Source of the DNA: Candidatus Kaiserbacteria bacterium
Lineage (GTDB): Bacteria; Patescibacteriota; Minisyncoccia; Phycocordibacterales; UBA2100
Direction of reading: 5' to 3'
Assembly (NCBI GenBank): GCA_016432285.1
Contig: CP066682.1
Location: 730,274 to 794,273 of the forward strand
Length of the DNA stretch: 64,000 nt
Below, in pieces: positions 60,301 through 64,000 of the stretch. A program made the position numbers and the translations under genes. A model generated the notes under the pieces. It worked only from the letters and a program-made list of their open reading frames with translations, had not been told where the DNA came from and did no database searches. Positions within the stretch are counted from its first letter, which is position 1; each line of letters begins with the position of its first letter.

Positions 60301-61158
60301 TTGGACTGAAGGTGTGGAAGTCGCCGATCGGGGAATCACACGCACGCGCACTCCGTCGCTCGCGATATTTTGATCCGAAGCCTTCGCAAGTGTCGTGCTC
60401 GTCGCAGGATCGTGGAAAACGAGGCGGTACATGAACGAGTCGATACGCTCGTTCCACGCGCGCGCGATACCCGAAAGAAAATCATTCATGGCGCCGCCCG
60501 GGTCGTTGGCCGCGGCAGCCAATTGCTCGCGCGCCGATTCGATCAGTGAAATGTTTGACGCAGCAGAGCGAACGGCGACGCTCGCATACTGCTGATCCAC
60601 GAAGGCGAACGTGCCCGCGGTAAAAAGGACGGCCACGAACACCGCGATCAACTTATGCACGAACTCCATCGCGGGCGTCAGCGCGTAGGCGCTCGTGAGC
60701 GGCGCGGTCGGAAGTTTCATCGCGATATCGGCGATGTGGGCAGCGTGCGCGTGCACGCTCGGAGAGCGCGCAATTTTTTCGAGCGCGGATTGCACGTGAT
60801 AGCTGCGGTAGCTCGAATCGGCGGCGAAGCGCCTGCTCGCCGCATACTGCATGTCGTACGCGGAGCTTTTTTCGCGCGAGGCCGCGCTCGTTTTGCCGCT
60901 TCCGGACCACGCGGCTCGGTACTCCTCCTTTCGCTGCCGGGCAAGATCCTGTGCGCGCTCGGCGCGTTGCTTGCTCTGATTTTTTACAAAAGTGTCGAGC
61001 GAGTCGCTTGAGACATACCAATTCGTGCCAATCCGCCGGCCCTGGACCCTGCCGTCCTTACAGAGGCGTGCGACATAGTCGCGGGTAAATCCCGCTGTGC
61101 GCGCCGCTTCCGCAGCGGAGATATATCGTGTGCCGTCAAAAAAAATTTCGTCAGTCAT
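54388..61158 (-). CDS. Giant protein: N-terminal excisionase-like HTH, TM, then Ser/Thr/Gly-rich repeats and phage-fibre-like modules
   Basis: YISAAEAA...TRDYVARLCKDGRV..RRIGTNWYV; TM near aa 170-187; two KxYVD..VRxATT..DRVLV modules; C-terminal QDGTGSRTVTW..APTLTTTAN. Confidence 0.8.
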   Translation of the reverse strand: MTDEIFFDGTRYISAAEAARTAGFTRDYVARLCKDGRVQGRRIGTNWYVSSDSLDTFVKNQSKQRAERAQDLARQRKEEYRAAWSGSGKTSAASREKSSAYDMQYAASRRFAADSSYRSYHVQSALEKIARSPSVHAHAAHIADIAMKLPTAPLTSAYALTPAMEFVHKLIAVFVAVLFTAGTFAFVDQQYASVAVRSAASNISLIESAREQLAAAANDPGGAMNDFLSGIARAWNERIDSFMYRLVFHDPATSTTLAKASDQNIASDGVRVRVIPRSATSTPSVQGGAALAQTIINQPVIERVIETERIVSVGGITESILESKLNELDNKLVAQIYGITSASSPVASGGVVNMIAVTQRIDNLSSVSITNSTFSGGSISGASISGSSLSISGDVSFGNATSTRLAVTGSATTTFANGIDISDGCFAVDGTCIVGGGGGASLSDANTWTALQLFSAGASSTNFSNFGTAYFGGTATSSFDSAGKLTLTYGSSTAFSATSGYFTTASTSNLTISGAPSSLLSTNSSGGVQAATVGNGLVFTSGTLSTAFGTTSANTWTALQLFSAGASSTNFSNFGTAYFGGTATSSLDASGNLSVGGTLSATGLASFARASTTLLSSYGPSYFGATGTTTIGTTGAITVTAVFANVFPYASSTALSVSGTGYFGTASTTNLTVSGSPSGILKTSSVGLVSVATAGSDYASPSVSNSWSALQLFSSGASTTRLSVFDRAYFGGSATSTFDSSGRLGVLTASPSYPFEVTGGGRFSSFLDAANLVATSSSATSTFAGGITAQTSKFVVQQNSGRVGIGTAAPTTGLDVDVATDISGDLTISGGSSLTFSATGPINQTGTGQVTFAGNVDATNGLDVTTGNFTVGGSSFIVAPATGNTTIAGTLGLTSAFAASSTLQATGASRFYSTLRADGTLTAAGTGTGLSVTNNASIGGTLGVTGAATLSSSLSVGTTLAAATTTLSGELQLNTKKITGVATPSDSGDAANKSYVDSVAQGLDLKDSVRAATTANITLSGEQTVDGVSLVAGDRVLVKNQTDQTKNGLYAVSAGVWTRSEDADTNAEVGSGLFTFISEGTINANSGWVLTTADPITLGTSLLAFTQFSGAGQITAGSGLTKSGNTLDVVGTSNRITVNADSVDISSSYVGQTSITTVGTLTSGALGSGFGAIDIGSSPITGGAATFSSIVGSAITGSGNLTINGTGSFTGNVSVTGTLSAATTTFSGDVAFGGKKITGLADPTSAQEAATKAYVDAIAQGLSVRASVRLATTSNITLSGTQTIDGVSAIAGDRVLVMGQSTASANGIYVVAAGAWSRSSDANENSEVITGMYTFVTEGTAYANTGWSLITPATITLDSTSLSFTQFSGSSEITAGDGLTKSGNTVNAVGTANRISVTADAIDISSTYVGQTSITTVGALTAGSIGSGFSSINIGSSALTAGASTFSSATSYGTLSIGGTATTSIVGNSATSTFSGGITLTGGNLNLASGGAFLINNALALNGTTLGSSVVGSSLTSVGALDSGQITTGFGAINIGADTLDAGATVLSSLTVSGLTTLPRASTTLLSAYGPAYFGSTATTTIDTAGNISGAGTLTVSGLTTLPRASTTLFSSYGPAYFGATATTTIDTTGAITVTSTSANTFPYASTTALSIAGVGYLADGSASSPALAFTNNSNSGIYNSSGSVVISSAGTARLTVGSAITTGGTLSSTNSAGFSLLNASGVTQTTPNIIVSRGDSTTGFAAGVSGNINAIVGGSELTRWTSTGFGVGTTSPFARLSVAGAAGGTAPLFAISSSTSGFATSSVFAIDANGLVGIGTSSPASVFSIGNVANFINSGTSTVYGALQMTAFNLTGSATSTAANGINLNDGCFSVNGSCLGGSVGSGTQGQLPFYQAAGTSLTATSTIFLTTSGNFGVGTTTPSAKMEIAGASSGSTFDNLFLSNLASATSSASRLTFRALDVLGNSTSTAAIASILQQNYGAGQGDLVFSTLQSGSLTEAMRLSSAGYLGVGTTTPFRKLSVADAVSTAQLALAYDAGRYTQFLTDASGDLTIDPSGNDIFLNDDNLWSCTGGSCPSGNPTGTGNIVAENKIGIGTSTPAYKLTIETSDDTSNFLQIASTTNQSLLVFTSDGKLGVGTSSPWAKFTVGAGGAITTVENALTDGATITVNWRDGNQQRVTLGGNRTINFSNYVAGQILRLVVCQDGTGSRTVTWGSVNWQSGTAPTLTTTANKCDLATFIATYATSSATQVFGAAATNF

Positions 61159-61494
61159 AAAGACTGCCTTCAGAATTGGAGGCTTCTTGCTATCCGTGAG
61201 CCGCTTCCGATGCGACGTGAATGAATCGAAAGCTACTCACCAACACACGTCGTAGCTAGATTTTACTAGATATTTCGGGCATCCTGTTGAAAAAGGGTGT
61301 GCAAATATGGGGATAACTGTGAGATAAGGTGTTGGCAGTCACGCCACGGTGAGGGCCGGAGCGCATCAAGCGCCGCGGAATCACGTGGTGACTGTTTGAG
61401 GCTGAAATACCTCGCCATTTCTCGACCAAAGTCCAGTGCACGCCGGACGCGCAATCGATCTCGGCTATGCGAGATACGAAAACAAGGCGGAAAA

Positions 61495-62460
61495 TCAGCG
61501 TTCGCGGCGGAACGAGACGCCCGGTACGATCAACTGTTCAAGAAAATCGCCAATCTTCGCGAGAGTGCTCGCAGCGCTCGCCGTGAGAGCCTCTGTACCC
61601 TCCCGTAGCTTCAGATTTTGTGTATAGAGGGACGACGACTTCAGCGAGACAAATCCCACTGAGAGGAATATGACGACCGTGGCAACGGCCCCAGCGAGAG
61701 TGATGGACTTACGCATTGAAGTACGGGGCGCCTTCCTGCCGACCCGGATCCCCGCGATGAGGTGCGAGGGAATGCGCTGCTCGGCTTCCCGAGGTATGTG
61801 TTTTCGAATCGGGATGGGGTGTTCGATGCCTTCAGTTTCGAGCGGCAAGGTCGGCTCGGCCGAAGCGGGAGCATAATTTTCCGCCGACGAAGCAGTTCTC
61901 GGAAGCAAATCGCGACTATCAGATACGTATGTATAAAAAGGTTCTGCTCCGTTGTATCTATATATTCCTAACGATTCCGGTTGGACCGACTGCGACTCCG
62001 GCTTTCGGAGACCAACCGATTCCGCCTGCACTGCTGCGAGGAGCGAATCCTTTTTGTGCTTATGCCCGACTATGTCCGATTTCCCGACGTACCACCGATT
62101 CCCCACCTGCCGCGCCATGATCGCGCCGCTTCGCGCGAGTTGCGAGACGTAGTCCTGGTGGTAGCCCGTCAGCTCGGCCGCCTTTGATGCCGAGATGTAG
62201 TCCTTGCCGTCAAACGAGACGAGCGCTTCAGGATTCGCGACCGGAGGTTTGCGGGGCGGCTCGGGCTTATAGCTTTCCGCACGCTGCTTGTATTCCTGGA
62301 GCGATTCAAGCGAGACGTACCAGAGCGTGCCGATACGATGTGCATCGATCTGACCCGAGCGTGCGAGCTGTCCTACGTAATCTTGCGCGTATCCGCATTC
62401 CTGCGCTGCTTTTTTTGAGGGGATGTAGGTTTTCCCGGCGACGGCGATCTCATCGGTCAT
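61495..62460 (-). CDS. Tandem double-HTH protein with C-terminal TM
   Basis: Two YI.(S/A)..AA...GY..DYV.QLARSG.I..(H/R).(I/V)G..WYV units; TM near aa 262-280. Confidence 0.8.
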   Translation of the reverse strand: MTDEIAVAGKTYIPSKKAAQECGYAQDYVGQLARSGQIDAHRIGTLWYVSLESLQEYKQRAESYKPEPPRKPPVANPEALVSFDGKDYISASKAAELTGYHQDYVSQLARSGAIMARQVGNRWYVGKSDIVGHKHKKDSLLAAVQAESVGLRKPESQSVQPESLGIYRYNGAEPFYTYVSDSRDLLPRTASSAENYAPASAEPTLPLETEGIEHPIPIRKHIPREAEQRIPSHLIAGIRVGRKAPRTSMRKSITLAGAVATVVIFLSVGFVSLKSSSLYTQNLKLREGTEALTASAASTLAKIGDFLEQLIVPGVSFRRER

Positions 62461-62567
62461 ACAAAAAGTATATCCTGTCTTTCACCGTGCTGATTCGCCC
62501 ATGGGGACAGCGATGTCTCGGCACGGAAGTAAGCCAATCTCGGACCCGAGATACGAAATCTCGAAAG

Positions 62568-64000
62568 TCAGGAAATCGCCTCGAAGATCATTTTCTTGAG
62601 AAGTGCTGGATCCGCGGCTCCTTTGGTGGCCCGCATGCCCTGTCCAATGAGGAACTGGAGCGCCGCCTGCTTGCCGCTCTTGAAATCCGCCACAACTGAA
62701 GGATTAGCCTCTAGGACGGATTTCACAGAGGCCTCGAGGCCCTTCGAATCGCTGATCTGTAGGAGGCTGCGGTCCTTAGCGACCGCTTCAAGATCGCCGT
62801 CGATTCCCTCTCTCGCAACCGCAGAAATGAGATCCTTCGCTCCCCGTGACGACAATGCTCCCTGCCCCGCCATATCGACGATTTTGGCTAAACTGTGTGC
62901 CGAGATCGGGATATCGGCACTGTAATCCGAATCTCGTTTCTGGATATCTCGGAGCACGCTGACGAGATCGTTCGCGATGTAGTTGGCCGCGGTGAGACGT
63001 CGGTCCTTGGGGAGCTCTCGTGCGACGGCATCAAAAAAGTCCCCAAGAGCGCCTTCCGCAGTGAAAAGCTGGGCGTCGTCGGGCTTCAGCCCCATCTGCA
63101 GATAACCCTCGCGCCGTACGGAGGGCAACACTGGCAGCTCTGCGGCCAGCGCATCGGCACGAAAATCACCAATCTCTGAAATCTGAAGCGAGGGCAGATC
63201 CGGATCGGGAAAGTAGCGGTAGTCCGCGCTTCCCTCCTTCGTGCGCTGCGCAAACGTCTGCTGCTTCCCCTCGTCCCATCCCCGAGTCTCCTGGCGCACC
63301 TGCTCCCCGCTTTGAAGCGTCTTTTTTTGCCGCTCTATTTCGTACGCGACTGCTTTCTCCATGATCTTGAACGAGTTGAGGTTTTTGATTTCAACTTTTG
63401 TGCCGAGCTCACCCTTCTTGCCGACCGACACATTGGCTTCGACGCGCATCTCACCTTTTTCCATGTTGGCTTCCGATGCGCCGAGGTAGCGTAGGAGAAG
63501 CTGCAATTCTTTCGCGAATGCAGACGCATCTTCCGCGCTGTGAATCTCCGGTTCCGTCACGAGTTCCATGAGCGGCACGCCCGATCGGTTGAAATCGATC
63601 GTCGTCGTGCCTTCGTCGTCGCTGTGAATCGAGCTCGCCGTGTCTTCCTCGAGATGCACGCGCGTGATCGGCACGCCGAGGAGTGCTCCCCCGGAAACCA
63701 GCGGGTACTCGTACTGACTGAGCTGATAGCCTTTTGGGAGATCGGGGTAGAAGTAATTTTTGCGGTCGAACTCTGTGTAGTCGGCAAGCCGTCCGCCAAG
63801 CGCGAGACCAACCTTTAAGACGTGCTTCACCGCTTCCCTATTGATCACCGGGAGAGAGCCCGGATGCGCGAGGCATACCGGGCAGATATTTACGTTCGGC
63901 TTTTTTTCGTCGGGATCGTTTTTCGAAGTGCAGAACATCTTCGTCGCGGTCCGCAGCTCAGCGTGGATCTCGAGACCGATGGTCGCTTCGTACTCACTCA
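62568..64000 (-). CDS. gatB: Asp/Glu-tRNA amidotransferase subunit B (start codon cut by the window edge)
   Basis: (M)SEYEATIGLEIHAEL, FDRKNYFYPDLPKGYQ, HLEED, YRYFPDPDLP. Confidence 0.97.
   Translation of the reverse strand, partial: SEYEATIGLEIHAELRTATKMFCTSKNDPDEKKPNVNICPVCLAHPGSLPVINREAVKHVLKVGLALGGRLADYTEFDRKNYFYPDLPKGYQLSQYEYPLVSGGALLGVPITRVHLEEDTASSIHSDDEGTTTIDFNRSGVPLMELVTEPEIHSAEDASAFAKELQLLLRYLGASEANMEKGEMRVEANVSVGKKGELGTKVEIKNLNSFKIMEKAVAYEIERQKKTLQSGEQVRQETRGWDEGKQQTFAQRTKEGSADYRYFPDPDLPSLQISEIGDFRADALAAELPVLPSVRREGYLQMGLKPDDAQLFTAEGALGDFFDAVARELPKDRRLTAANYIANDLVSVLRDIQKRDSDYSADIPISAHSLAKIVDMAGQGALSSRGAKDLISAVAREGIDGDLEAVAKDRSLLQISDSKGLEASVKSVLEANPSVVADFKSGKQAALQFLIGQGMRATKGAADPALLKKMIFEAIS

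Noticed and set aside
48033-61158. Prophage
   Set aside because: Only fibre-like modules occur, within signal- or TM-bearing proteins. There are no capsid, terminase, portal or integrase genes.
61295-61330. Replication origin (DnaA-box-like TGGGGATAA)
   Set aside because: There is one near-match plus poor variants, no dnaA nearby, and no clear unwinding element.
62547-62563. Distant copy of palindrome family 2 (CGAGATACGAAATCTCG)
   Set aside because: The stem is shorter and different, so the similarity may be chance. It is better explained by the motif shared with 61458-61481.

Overview
A 64-kb, GC-rich, gene-dense chromosomal segment that looks like a Patescibacteria (CPR; Parcubacteria, Kaiserbacteria/Adlerbacteria-like) genome. 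This is inferred from truncated aminoacyl-tRNA synthetases, a NusB-NUDIX fusion, a split transketolase, and HTH-led giant surface proteins. Core genes include smc (partial), rnc, nusB, rpmF, rnhB, dnaE, thrS, gyrB, pheS/pheT, tsf, rpsB, prfA, rpmE, rplY, gatB (partial) and tRNA-Thr(UGU). A gap-rpiB-rpe-aroQ-aroE-DAHP synthase-aroB-tkt operon carries the upper shikimate pathway. The most striking structure is three HUH/Y1 (RAYT-like) transposase genes, each with its own private family of short palindromes. These palindromes flank each gene, sit inside its own reading frame, and are read in frame into neighbouring genes. A four-helix-bundle gene shows the same behaviour with an 8-nt repeat, and another palindrome is inserted in frame in pheT. 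Other notable parts are a sortase with Tyr/Gly-rich repeat surface proteins, and a tightly coupled operon of HTH-membrane proteins and two giant (about 2000 aa) proteins built from phage-virion-like modules. No CRISPR array, rRNA or reverse transcriptase was seen. All calls come from reading the sequence; no database searches were run.
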